Positions 40,222-49,857 of a DNA stretch of 64,000 bases are shown one piece after another (the stretch's first letter is position 1; each line of letters begins with the position of its first letter). The notes beneath the pieces are model-generated. The model was not told where the DNA came from and did not search any database. It saw only the letters and a program-made list of their open reading frames with translations. Made by a program: the position numbers and the translations under genes. Source of the DNA: Gammaproteobacteria bacterium (GTDB taxonomy: Bacteria; Pseudomonadota; Gammaproteobacteria; G965277405); assembly GCA_965277405.1 (NCBI GenBank), contig OZ255726.1:2016001-2080000 (forward strand). Direction: 5' to 3'.

Positions 40222-41115
40222 ATGATTAAACGCATTATTGATATTGGGCAAGCAAGTTACTTGCATATTCAGCATCAACAACTATGCATTGAACAAGCAG
40301 GTAAACAAGTAGGGCGTATTCCCATAGAAGATATAGCTATTATTATTATTCACGATACTGCTAGCTACTATACTCATGCCTTGTTTATCGAGCTATTAAG
40401 ACATAATGTTGCAGTAGTGTTTTGCGACCGCCATCATCTACCCTTGGGACAACTAGCCCCTATAGCATCTCATAGTTTGCATACCAAAATCATTCACGAG
40501 CAAATACAAGTTAAAAAATCCACTAAAAAACGCCTGTGGAAGCTGATAGTCCAAGCAAAAATTCGTGAACAAGCCACCACTTTGAGGTTGACAGGCAAGG
40601 ATGCACAAAAAATAAGCGCCCTTGTTGACCAAGTAAAAAGTGGAGATAGTGCTAATGTAGAAGCCAATGCTGCGCGTTGCTATTTTAATGAATTATTTGG
40701 CAACGCCTTTAGACGCGACAGGCAACAAGCTGGCATAAATGCTCTGTTAAATTATGGGTATAGTGTAGTGCGTGCAATGTTTGCGAGGGCTATTGTTGCC
40801 ACGGGCTTACACCCCACTTTTGGCATCCAGCATTCTAACCAATACAATCACCTATGTTTAGCAGATGACTTAATGGAGCCATTTCGCCCTTGGGTGGATG
40901 AAGCGGTGTATGCGCTGACACATAAAAACGAGGTTATATCCGTTGACAAAGCAAGCAAAACGACGGTACTTAATCTGTTGAGTAACAATGTAGTATGGAC
41001 GAAGAAACACCAACCTTTTATGGTTGTGAGCCATTATTTAGCGGCAAACCTCAAACAAGCTTTAGTAACGAACCAGCCTGTTTTTAGCATTCCACAAAGA
41101 GTTGACAAACAATGA
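40222..41115 (+). CDS. cas1: CRISPR-associated endonuclease Cas1
   Basis: IPIEDI, EANAARCYF, NALLNYGY, GIQH.N..N..CLADDLMEPFRP.VD. Confidence 0.97.
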   Translation: MIKRIIDIGQASYLHIQHQQLCIEQAGKQVGRIPIEDIAIIIIHDTASYYTHALFIELLRHNVAVVFCDRHHLPLGQLAPIASHSLHTKIIHEQIQVKKSTKKRLWKLIVQAKIREQATTLRLTGKDAQKISALVDQVKSGDSANVEANAARCYFNELFGNAFRRDRQQAGINALLNYGYSVVRAMFARAIVATGLHPTFGIQHSNQYNHLCLADDLMEPFRPWVDEAVYALTHKNEVISVDKASKTTVLNLLSNNVVWTKKHQPFMVVSHYLAANLKQALVTNQPVFSIPQRVDKQ

Positions 41116-41471
41116 GCAGCAGGGATTGTACTTACAATAAAGTTATATTTGGCGGACTTAAAACCATGTGGATAATTGTGCTATTTGACTTGCCTACAGT
41201 AAGTAAAACAGAACGCAGAGCCTATACTGTTTTTCGTAAGCATTTACTCAATGACGGTTTTAATATGATGCAGTTTTCCGTGTACATGCGTCATTGTGCT
41301 AGCGAAGCAAACGCGCAGGTGCACGAGACGCGCATACAAGCAGCCTTACCGAGCTTAGGAGAGGTAAGGGTCATAAAAATAACCGATAAGCAATTTGGTA
41401 AAATTCAAGTTTTTTATGGTAAAAAACGCAAAAAAACCGAAATTCCGCCATTACAAATGGATCTTTTTTAA
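41112..41471 (+). CDS. cas2: CRISPR-associated protein Cas2
   Basis: MWIIVLFDLP, FRK.LL.DGF.MMQFSVY.R, ITDKQF; start may be 41166. Confidence 0.96.
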   Translation: MSSRDCTYNKVIFGGLKTMWIIVLFDLPTVSKTERRAYTVFRKHLLNDGFNMMQFSVYMRHCASEANAQVHETRIQAALPSLGEVRVIKITDKQFGKIQVFYGKKRKKTEIPPLQMDLF

Positions 41472-41521
41472 ATGCCACTTAGGCATACAACCCTTACCAA
41501 CCAAGTAGTTTCCCACTTTGT

Positions 41522-42800
41522 ACTTTAACCGACTACAGTTTAACCACAATTCACAACAATCCGCACGACCATCTGCGAGACAACCATACTTTAACCGACT
41601 ACAGTTTAACCACAATTCACAACTCTCATTGTTCAAACGGCAGGGCATTGTTAACTTTAACCGACTACAGTTTAACCACAATTCACAACAAAGAGAGTTA
41701 ATGAATAGCTACATGGAAGACTTTAACCGACTACAGTTTAACCACAATTCACAACCGGTCACGTTGTCGTGACGGCAATGTATTTACTTTAACCGACTAC
41801 AGTTTAACCACAATTCACAACGACGAATGATGATACTCGCTACTGTACCAACTTTAACCGACTACAGTTTAACCACAATTCACAACACCTAGGACTGTTG
41901 CGATTTAGGTAATCAACTTTAACCGACTACAGTTTAACCACAATTCACAACTGGTTTCGGCACGTTAAAAAAATAGCAGACACTTTAACCGACTACAGTT
42001 TAACCACAATTCACAACCGAAAGCTACGGACGACGAAATAAGCTTGGACTTTAACCGACTACAGTTTAACCACAATTCACAACACTCCGAATGCAATCAT
42101 CAATACCGCATTTACTTTAACCGACTACAGTTTAACCACAATTCACAACAGAAATCGGCTAAATCCGACTAAATCGTCTACTTTAACCGACTACAGTTTA
42201 ACCACAATTCACAACAACAATATGAGCGTGATAATTGCGTTTCAACTTTAACCGACTACAGTTTAACCATAATTCACAACAAAAGCTAAAGGGGATATCT
42301 GCTTTGAAGGACTTTAACCGACTACAGTTTAACCACAACAATGGCTGTGTTATTGAACCTGCGGCTATACTTTAACCGACTACAGTTTAACCACAATTCA
42401 CAACAACTGACCATAGCTTGTTACGATTTAGCAAACTTTAACCGACTACAGTTTAACCACAATTCACAACAATTTGACCGCTGTCATAAACTTTAGAATA
42501 ACATTAACCGACTACAGTTTAACCACAATTCACAACAATTTAACCGCTGTCATAAACTTTAGAATAACTTTAACCAACTACAGTTTAACCACAATTCACA
42601 ACAACCGACCATAGCTTGTTACGATTTAGCAAACTTTAACCGACTACAGTTTAACCACAATTCACAACAATTTAACCGCTGTCATAAACTTTAGAATAAT
42701 TTTAACCGACTACAGTTTAACCACAATTCACAACAAATACAAGTTGCCAAACTTACTGATGCAAACTTTAACCGACTACAGTTTAACCACAATTCACAAC
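41522..42800 (-). CRISPR. Type II-C CRISPR array, 20 repeats and 19 spacers (29-30 bp)
   Basis: 36-bp repeat ACTTTAACCGACTACAGTTTAACCACAATTCACAAC (crRNA sense GTTGTGAATTGTGGTTAAACTGTAGTCGGTTAAAGT); repeat 13 lacks 7 bp; repeats 12, 16, 17 and 19 carry single changes. Confidence 0.99.
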
Positions 42801-42834
42801 AGTTGTGAGAATCGTGATAAAAAGGCTGGGGTGT

Positions 42835-43117
42835 TACCCTCTTGACAAAAATGCTCTAATACAGTGAGTTGGTTGGCAATTGTTAATGGTAGATGATGGT
42901 ACGGTGCGAGCCAAAGCATGCCTGCCACGGATGCAACATAGCAAGTGAGGGCAATTACTGCAATCTGCAAGTATATTGAACACAGGGATGGAAAAAAAGC
43001 TGCGCTAACGTCGTTGCAGCACTTGATAATACCACCAAGTATTATTTGCGCACTGCGGCTAGTTATCATCAGCGTTTTTTCTCCGTCTCGCCCATCATGG
43101 ACTTAATCAGAGATTCC
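42835..43117 (+). mobile_element. IS5-type MITE; outer TIR intact, inner half decayed
   Basis: Ends GGACTTAATCAGAGATTCC; right arm nearly identical to 13204-13319; left boundary approximate. Confidence 0.85.
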
Positions 43118-43359
43118 TTGTAGGGTTATATTATACACTAGTCTTGACCACCCACGGGTGAGCAGATTGGTGTTATGCAGGATAAACGCGGTCAAAGTCC
43201 AGCAATCGACAGCAACACCCAAATTGACAAAACCAAGCCCTAAAATTAGAAATATCAGCCATTTAGTGGCAATTTATCATTCACTAGCTAGTATTGACCC
43301 TGACGATATGACTTTTTTTTATGTCATTCTTATACGTTAAAGCGATTGTCGGGGGGTCA

Positions 43360-44829
43360 ATGCGTCGCACTATATGTTTCGTCCATAAGGGGCAGATAAG
43401 AGAGTTGGTACCGAGAGAACCAACACAAACTGTCCTGAATTTTCTGCGGTATGAAGACGCCTTGACTGGTACGAAGGAAGGCTGCGCTGAAGGAGATTGT
43501 GGTGCATGCACCGTTGTCCTTGGCGACCTTGAGCTAGACGGCTCAATTCGCTATCTGGCCGTCAATTCCTGCATTCAGTTTTTACCAATGCTGGATGGTC
43601 GAGAGTTGATTACCGCAGAAGACCTGAAATTAGCAGACGGCTCTTTGCATCCAATCCAACAAGCAATGGTTGACCACAACGCCACCCAATGCGGCTTCTG
43701 CACCCCAGGATTTGTCATGTCTCTGTTTGCTGAAAAGCACGGCAGCAATTCTGCTGATACTTGGGACGTCAATAATGTACTTGCGGGGAATCTGTGCCGC
43801 TGTACTGGGTATGGGACCATTATTGCGGCTGCAAAGAGCGCAGCTGCAAGCCACGCTGACGATCAATTTGATGGGACAATGGAGACCAGAGCCGGCATGC
43901 TGAAATCTCTTCAGCAAAATCCCCCCCTTGCTCTGCAGGCAAAAGGTAACCGCTATTTCGCTCCCACATCAATAGCTGAGCTTGCCGATTTGCTGGCAAC
44001 CTATCCGCAGGCCATCCTCCTTGCTGGTGCGACGGATATCGGGCTGTGGGTGACTAAGCAGCATCGTCAACTCGATACACTCATTTATCTCGGGCGGATA
44101 CAAACACTCAAAGCAATGGTACTGGATGAAAACTCGATCTCGATTGGCGCGGGCGTCACGTATGCAGAAGCTTGGAAAACACTGGGGTCAGAGTATGCGG
44201 ATCTGCATGAACTAATCCGCCGCATTGGCTCTACACAGATCCGCAATTCCGCAACCATTTGCGGTAATATTGCCAACGGATCGCCGATCGGAGATATGCC
44301 GCCAGCGCTGATCGCGCTTGACGCCACGGTGACCCTAACGAGCAAACGAGGTAGTCGTAGCATCGCGCTTGAAAAATTCTTCATCGGCTATAATACGCAA
44401 GATTTGCAGCCGGGGGAGTTTGTAGAAAAAGTATCTATACCAAGACCATCGGCTACTAAGCAGTTCAGGGCCTACAAAATATCTAAAAGGTTTGACCAGG
44501 ATATTTCAGCTTTGTGTGCCGCTTTTAATCTCACATTGGCAGGGATAACGGTCAAAGACATCCGCATATGTTATGGGGGCATGGCTGGTACGCCCTTGCG
44601 CGCTCAACAAACCGAAGCTGCCGTCATCGGCAAAGACTGGGTGCGCGCAACCATTGATACGGCCTTGCAGGCTATGAGCAAAGATTATCAACCGCTCAGC
44701 GATATGCGGGCGAGTGATCGGTACCGGATGGCGGTGGCACAAAATCTGTTGTTGAAATTTTTTATTGAGACAACAGATCGGCACACGGCAACCCGTCTGC
44801 TCGGCGATATGGAGCGCGCCCATGCGTAA
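43360..44829 (+). CDS. xdhA: Xanthine dehydrogenase small subunit (2Fe-2S/FAD)
   Basis: GTKEGCAEGDCGACTV, QCGFCTPGF, GNLCRCTGY, AGATD.GLWVTK, YKISKRFDQDISA. Confidence 0.96.
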   Translation: MRRTICFVHKGQIRELVPREPTQTVLNFLRYEDALTGTKEGCAEGDCGACTVVLGDLELDGSIRYLAVNSCIQFLPMLDGRELITAEDLKLADGSLHPIQQAMVDHNATQCGFCTPGFVMSLFAEKHGSNSADTWDVNNVLAGNLCRCTGYGTIIAAAKSAAASHADDQFDGTMETRAGMLKSLQQNPPLALQAKGNRYFAPTSIAELADLLATYPQAILLAGATDIGLWVTKQHRQLDTLIYLGRIQTLKAMVLDENSISIGAGVTYAEAWKTLGSEYADLHELIRRIGSTQIRNSATICGNIANGSPIGDMPPALIALDATVTLTSKRGSRSIALEKFFIGYNTQDLQPGEFVEKVSIPRPSATKQFRAYKISKRFDQDISALCAAFNLTLAGITVKDIRICYGGMAGTPLRAQQTEAAVIGKDWVRATIDTALQAMSKDYQPLSDMRASDRYRMAVAQNLLLKFFIETTDRHTATRLLGDMERAHA

Positions 44830-47173
44830 TTCTGTTCCTAGCAAAACCGAAATTCGCGGTAAGATTGGCAGGCAGCTGATGCACGACAGCGCTGTCAAGC
44901 AGGTTGCAGGCGCAGCGCACTATATTGATGATGTTGCGGAACCTAAGGATCTGCTGCATCTGTATGTCGCCAAGAGCACGATGGCCCACGCAACAATCAG
45001 TAAACTCGACGTGTCGCAAGCCAGCGCTGCCGCAGGTGTCGCCGTTGTCTTGACTGCAGCAGATGTGCCTGGCGTCAACGATGCCTCTCCCGTGGCAGGG
45101 GACGACCCAGTTTTTGTAGAAGACCTAGTTGAATATGTCGGACAGTCGTTGTTTGTCGTTGCCGCCGATAGCCTGGAGCAGGCGCGAGCGGCCGCGGCTC
45201 TTGCTGTTGTGGAATATGAACAACTCCCTACTGTGCTGACAGTTGAGCAAGCACTCGCAGCGGGTTCGTTCGTGCTGCCAAGCCGTCACCTTGTCAAGGG
45301 AGACCCTGCATCAGCCCTCAAAACGGCCGTAAATAGATTGCAAGGTCGCGTTGAAATTGGTGGTCAGGACCATTTTTATCTTGAAGGTCATATCTCCGTG
45401 GCAACCCCGCGCGAGGATGGGGATGTCCACGTTCATTGTTCGACGCAACACCCGACTGAAGTTCAGCATAATGTCGCAAAGTTTCTTGATGTGGCGGACC
45501 ATTCGGTCTGCGTTGAAAACAGGCGAATGGGCGGTGGGTTTGGCGGCAAGGAAACACAAGGGGCGTGGTTTGCCGCGATGGCAGCATTAGTGGCAACAAC
45601 AACCGGGCGCCCAGCAAAACTAAGGGTGGACCGGGATGATGATATGATTATGACTGGGAAACGCCATGACTTTGTGATCGAGTATGATGTCGGGTTTGAC
45701 GATGACGGCAAGATTGACGGCGTGGAATTTATGTTTGCATCGCGCTGCGGCCGCTCTGCGGACCTATCTGCTGCGATCAACGACCGAGCCATCTTCCATG
45801 CGGATAACTGCTATTTTATGGAAAATATCTCGATTATTTCGCACCGTTGCAAGACCCATACGGTCTCCAATACCGCCTTCAGGGGTTTTGGCGGCCCGCA
45901 GGGGATGATCGGCGTTGAACGGATGATTGACGAGATTGCACACGCGCTTGGCAAAGATCCTCTCGACATCCGCAAAATCAACCTATACGGCAAAACGGAG
46001 CGCAATGTCACTCCGTATCATATGGAGATTAAAGATAATATTATAGCGGAAATTATCGCCGATCTTGAGAAAAAATCAGCCTATGCGGCGCGCGTCAAGG
46101 CTGTCCGTGAGTTTAATGCCAGCAGCGCGTATCTGAAAAAGGGCATTGCGTTGACACCTGTCAAATTCGGTATATCTTTTACCACGACATTCCTCAACCA
46201 AGCTGGCGCACTCATTCATGTTTACACTGATGGCAGCGTCATGCTCAACCATGGCGGCACCGAGATGGGTCAGGGTCTGTTCATCAAGGTGGCCCAGGTT
46301 GTTGCCGAAGAATTGCAGATTGATATCGAGAGGGTAAAAATCACAGCAACGACAACCGACAAGGTGCCAAACACGTCAGCAACAGCCGCGTCCTCTGGAT
46401 CTGATATGAACGGCAAGGCGGCACAAATCGCCGCCAGAACAATTAAAGACCGATTAACCAAGTTTGCAGCAGAGCATTATCAGGTTGCTGCAAACGCTAT
46501 TCGCTTTCTGCCCAATCGCATCCAAATTGGCAATAAGGTTGTTACATTTGCCGCACTGGTCGAGCAAGCCTACCTAAACCGAATTTCTCTTTCCGCGACT
46601 GGATATTATAAAACACCGAAAATCCACTATGACGCGGAAAACTATTCTGGACGCCCGTTTTACTATTTCGCATACGGAGCCGCTGTCGCGGAAGCCATGA
46701 TTGATACGTTGACTGGTGAGAGCAAAATCATGCGGGTTGATATCATCCATGATACTGGCAAAAGCCTTAATCCAAGCATTGATCTTGGTCAGATTGAAGG
46801 GGGCTTCATCCAGGGAATGGGATGGCTGACAACCGAGGAACTGGTGTTTGACGAGCGGGGTAACCTGATGACGCATGCCCCGTCTACATATAAGATCCCA
46901 ACGTGCAGCGACCGTCCCGCTATTTTCAATATGGAAATCTATGCTGGTGGCGAGAATGTGGAAAACAGCATTCACAAGTCAAAAGCAGTTGGCGAACCGC
47001 CGTTAATGCTGGCGATTTCTGTCTTTAATGCGCTAACCGACGCCGTCAGAAGCGTTGCTGACTACCGCGAATTTCCTGCACTGGATGCCGCTGCGACACC
47101 AGAGCGAATTCTGCACGCCGTGCAGGATTTGCAGGAAAGGATGCGCAATAGCCAAAGGACTCCACCCGCATGA
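44822..47173 (+). CDS. xdhB: Xanthine dehydrogenase molybdopterin-binding subunit
   Basis: HDSA..QV.G.A.YIDD, GGQDHFYLE, RMGGGFGGKE, AFRGFGGPQG, GGTEMGQG, SKAVGEPP. Confidence 0.97.
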   Translation: MRNSVPSKTEIRGKIGRQLMHDSAVKQVAGAAHYIDDVAEPKDLLHLYVAKSTMAHATISKLDVSQASAAAGVAVVLTAADVPGVNDASPVAGDDPVFVEDLVEYVGQSLFVVAADSLEQARAAAALAVVEYEQLPTVLTVEQALAAGSFVLPSRHLVKGDPASALKTAVNRLQGRVEIGGQDHFYLEGHISVATPREDGDVHVHCSTQHPTEVQHNVAKFLDVADHSVCVENRRMGGGFGGKETQGAWFAAMAALVATTTGRPAKLRVDRDDDMIMTGKRHDFVIEYDVGFDDDGKIDGVEFMFASRCGRSADLSAAINDRAIFHADNCYFMENISIISHRCKTHTVSNTAFRGFGGPQGMIGVERMIDEIAHALGKDPLDIRKINLYGKTERNVTPYHMEIKDNIIAEIIADLEKKSAYAARVKAVREFNASSAYLKKGIALTPVKFGISFTTTFLNQAGALIHVYTDGSVMLNHGGTEMGQGLFIKVAQVVAEELQIDIERVKITATTTDKVPNTSATAASSGSDMNGKAAQIAARTIKDRLTKFAAEHYQVAANAIRFLPNRIQIGNKVVTFAALVEQAYLNRISLSATGYYKTPKIHYDAENYSGRPFYYFAYGAAVAEAMIDTLTGESKIMRVDIIHDTGKSLNPSIDLGQIEGGFIQGMGWLTTEELVFDERGNLMTHAPSTYKIPTCSDRPAIFNMEIYAGGENVENSIHKSKAVGEPPLMLAISVFNALTDAVRSVADYREFPALDAAATPERILHAVQDLQERMRNSQRTPPA

Positions 47174-48270
47174 CGGATTGGGCAGATATCCTCAGCAAAC
47201 ACATGGAAAACGGCTGCCACTCCATCTTGTTGACGATTGCCGCCGTCCGCGGTTCTACCCCACGGGAAACTGGGACGCGGATGTTGGTCACGATGCAGCA
47301 GACGTTCGGAACAATCGGCGGCGGAATGCTCGAATATCGGGCAATTCAACACGCAACTGGGCTGTTGCAGTCTGCTACGACTACCCCAGCAATTTTAAAA
47401 ATCCTGCTCGGTCCAGAGCAGGGGCAATGTTGCGGTGGGCTGGTTGAACTGCTCGTCGCGCCTCTTGGTCAGCAAGATCTTGTGTGGATGAAAAATATTG
47501 TGGCGGCGAACAAACACTCACGGTGTGCTGTTCTGCATACCCGCTGGCAGGGCGGACAGATCCAGCGCCAGGTATTCTGTAACCTTGATGACATTCCTGC
47601 CAATGAAAATTTGCTCAGACAACTATCGAGGATGGTTAGCAGCGATGGCACACCCCTTGTTGCAACCACCCCTGCGGGCGCAGATTTTACAGTTATAGAA
47701 GCCTTGAGCACTAACAAATTTCACCTTGTGCTGTTTGGTGCAGGTCATGTCGGCAAAGCCATCGTCCAGACTCTGGCAGGCTATCCCTGCTCGATCGCAT
47801 GGGTCGATGAGCGCGCCGATATGTTCCCAGCAACCCTCCCTGCGATTGTAGAAAAATGGGTTACACCCTATCCTGCACGGTTGGTTGGTGAAACCCCACC
47901 AAATAGTTATTTCCTCGTGATGACCCATAGCCATCAACTGGATATGGAGATATGTGCGGCCATATTGAAGCGCGGTGCTTTTGGATATCTTGGGTTGATT
48001 GGCTCGAAAACGAAGCGGAATAAATTTGTAAAACGGTTAAAATTCAGAGGGTTTTCTTCAACGCGTATCAGTAAACTCGTTTGCCCAATCGGGGTTGCTG
48101 CCATCAGCGGCAAGCATCCAAATGAAATTGCCATCAGTGTCGCAGCGCAGTTGCTGCAGCACCAGGAAATGCGTCAGTTGGCATCGAGAGATCTCGCAGT
48201 GTTTACCAGAGTTGAGGAAAAACGTAAGAAACTGACTCAGGTTACTGCAAAGTTTGAGACTAGTTTATAG
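47170..48270 (+). CDS. xdhC: Xanthine dehydrogenase accessory protein
   Basis: GSTPRE.G, GTIGGG.LE, GQCCGG, FGAGHVG, VMTHSH.LD, GLIGS..K, CPIG. Confidence 0.95.
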   Translation: MTDWADILSKHMENGCHSILLTIAAVRGSTPRETGTRMLVTMQQTFGTIGGGMLEYRAIQHATGLLQSATTTPAILKILLGPEQGQCCGGLVELLVAPLGQQDLVWMKNIVAANKHSRCAVLHTRWQGGQIQRQVFCNLDDIPANENLLRQLSRMVSSDGTPLVATTPAGADFTVIEALSTNKFHLVLFGAGHVGKAIVQTLAGYPCSIAWVDERADMFPATLPAIVEKWVTPYPARLVGETPPNSYFLVMTHSHQLDMEICAAILKRGAFGYLGLIGSKTKRNKFVKRLKFRGFSSTRISKLVCPIGVAAISGKHPNEIAISVAAQLLQHQEMRQLASRDLAVFTRVEEKRKKLTQVTAKFETSL

Positions 48271-48312
48271 GAGCATAGCTAATTCTGGATTAAACAACAG
48301 AGAGACCGATAT

Positions 48313-49857
48313 ATGGAGACACAAGTTGCGCCGACACCCCGCCTAGAACTGAAGGGTATTACCAAAGCCTATCCTGGCGTGTTGGCTAATGATAGCATCG
48401 ACCTGAAAATTTTCCCTGGAGAAATCCATGCTCTTTTTGGCGAAAATGGAGCCGGAAAAAGTACGCTCGTCAAAATCATATATGGGGTTTTGCAAGCCGA
48501 TTCTGGCATAATGGAATGGGATGGTAGGCCATTGCAAATTGCCAATCCCCACGCTGCGAGGAAAATCGGCATTGGTATGATTTTTCAGCATTTCTCACTC
48601 TTTGAGGCAATGACTGTTGTCGAGAATATCACGCTGGGGCTGCCATACCGCGAGAATATGGCTGAACTCGCGCAACGCATCCGCGAAATTTCAGAAAATT
48701 ACGGTCTCCTCCTCAACCCGTACCGATATGTCCATACGCTCTCTGTAGGCGAAAAACAGCGGATAGAAATTGTCCGTTGTCTGCTGCAAAACCCTAAATT
48801 GCTCATCATGGATGAGCCAACATCAGTTCTCACGCCGCTAGAAGCTGACAAGATGTTTACAACGCTACGCTGTCTGGCAACTGAAGGGGTTGCCATACTC
48901 TATATCAGCCATAAACTTTACGAAATACAGACCCTTTGCCATAAGGCAACAATCCTGCGGGGCGGCAAGTACATTGCAGAATGTGACCCAAGCGTAGAGA
49001 CCGCTAAAAACCTCGCCGAGATGATGACTGGCACCAACTTTACTGCAGCAAAGCACAGCGATAATAGCACGCGTGATCTGGTCTGCCTCAAGGTCAACAA
49101 CCTCTCTTTGGATAGTACTGGTCAGTTTGGCACCGACCTCAATTTGATCAATTTCGAAGTAAGAAGCGGAGAAATTTTCGGAATTGCCGGGGTTGCTGGC
49201 AATGGGCAAGTTGAGCTGCTAGCAGCACTTAGCGGCGAAGTAACGTGCAAAAATGCGCACGACATTCTGCTTGAACAACAACCGATTGCCCATACAGGTC
49301 CCAATCAACGCAGGGAACTTGGTGTTGCATTTGTCCCCGAAGATCGGTTGGAGCATGGGTCTGTGGCTGACATGAGTTTGGTGGATAACGCCTTCCTCAG
49401 CGCCTATGGGCAGAAAAAACTTGTATGCATTGGTTGGATTAAAAGGCGCAAGACGATGAAATATGCAGATGAGATTGTCGCCAAGTTCGATGTACGAACC
49501 ACAGGGATTACCCACATGGCCAGCAGCCTGTCAGGCGGAAATCTGCAAAAATTTATCGTCGGCCGCGAAATGCTGAAAAAACCGAAATTGATCATTATTG
49601 CGCATCCTACGTGGGGGGTTGATGCATGTGCCGCCGCGGCTATCCAGCAGGCAATAATCGACCTCGCCGCAACAGGTACAGCTGTTTTGGTGGTTAGTCA
49701 GGACCTAGACGAACTATTTGCCATCAGTCATCGCATCGCGGTCATAGCAGCGGGCCGACTGTCCATCAGCCGCGCTGTTGATGAAATAGCAGTCGAGGAT
49801 ATCGGCGAGTTGATGGGCGGCGCCGCGGCAAAAATGGAATGTAACAATGTTGCTTAA
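48313..49857 (+). CDS. Purine/nucleoside ABC transporter ATP-binding protein
   Basis: [38 protein letters not shown]. Confidence 0.93.
   Translation: METQVAPTPRLELKGITKAYPGVLANDSIDLKIFPGEIHALFGENGAGKSTLVKIIYGVLQADSGIMEWDGRPLQIANPHAARKIGIGMIFQHFSLFEAMTVVENITLGLPYRENMAELAQRIREISENYGLLLNPYRYVHTLSVGEKQRIEIVRCLLQNPKLLIMDEPTSVLTPLEADKMFTTLRCLATEGVAILYISHKLYEIQTLCHKATILRGGKYIAECDPSVETAKNLAEMMTGTNFTAAKHSDNSTRDLVCLKVNNLSLDSTGQFGTDLNLINFEVRSGEIFGIAGVAGNGQVELLAALSGEVTCKNAHDILLEQQPIAHTGPNQRRELGVAFVPEDRLEHGSVADMSLVDNAFLSAYGQKKLVCIGWIKRRKTMKYADEIVAKFDVRTTGITHMASSLSGGNLQKFIVGREMLKKPKLIIIAHPTWGVDACAAAAIQQAIIDLAATGTAVLVVSQDLDELFAISHRIAVIAAGRLSISRAVDEIAVEDIGELMGGAAAKMECNNVA

Noticed and set aside
41451-41772. 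Repetitive ORFs after cas2
   Set aside because: Translations of the CRISPR repeats
42150-42179. Spacer 10 contains three AAATC(C)G.CT-like units, resembling an iteron
   Set aside because: Too short to interpret without a protospacer hit
41558-42764. Self-targeting spacers against genes or MITEs in the window
   Set aside because: No match found by eye; a proper search was not possible
41522-42800. Neisseria-type promoter inside each repeat
   Set aside because: The repeat ends GGTTAAAGT: a weak -10 without the TG extension, so not supportable without TSS data
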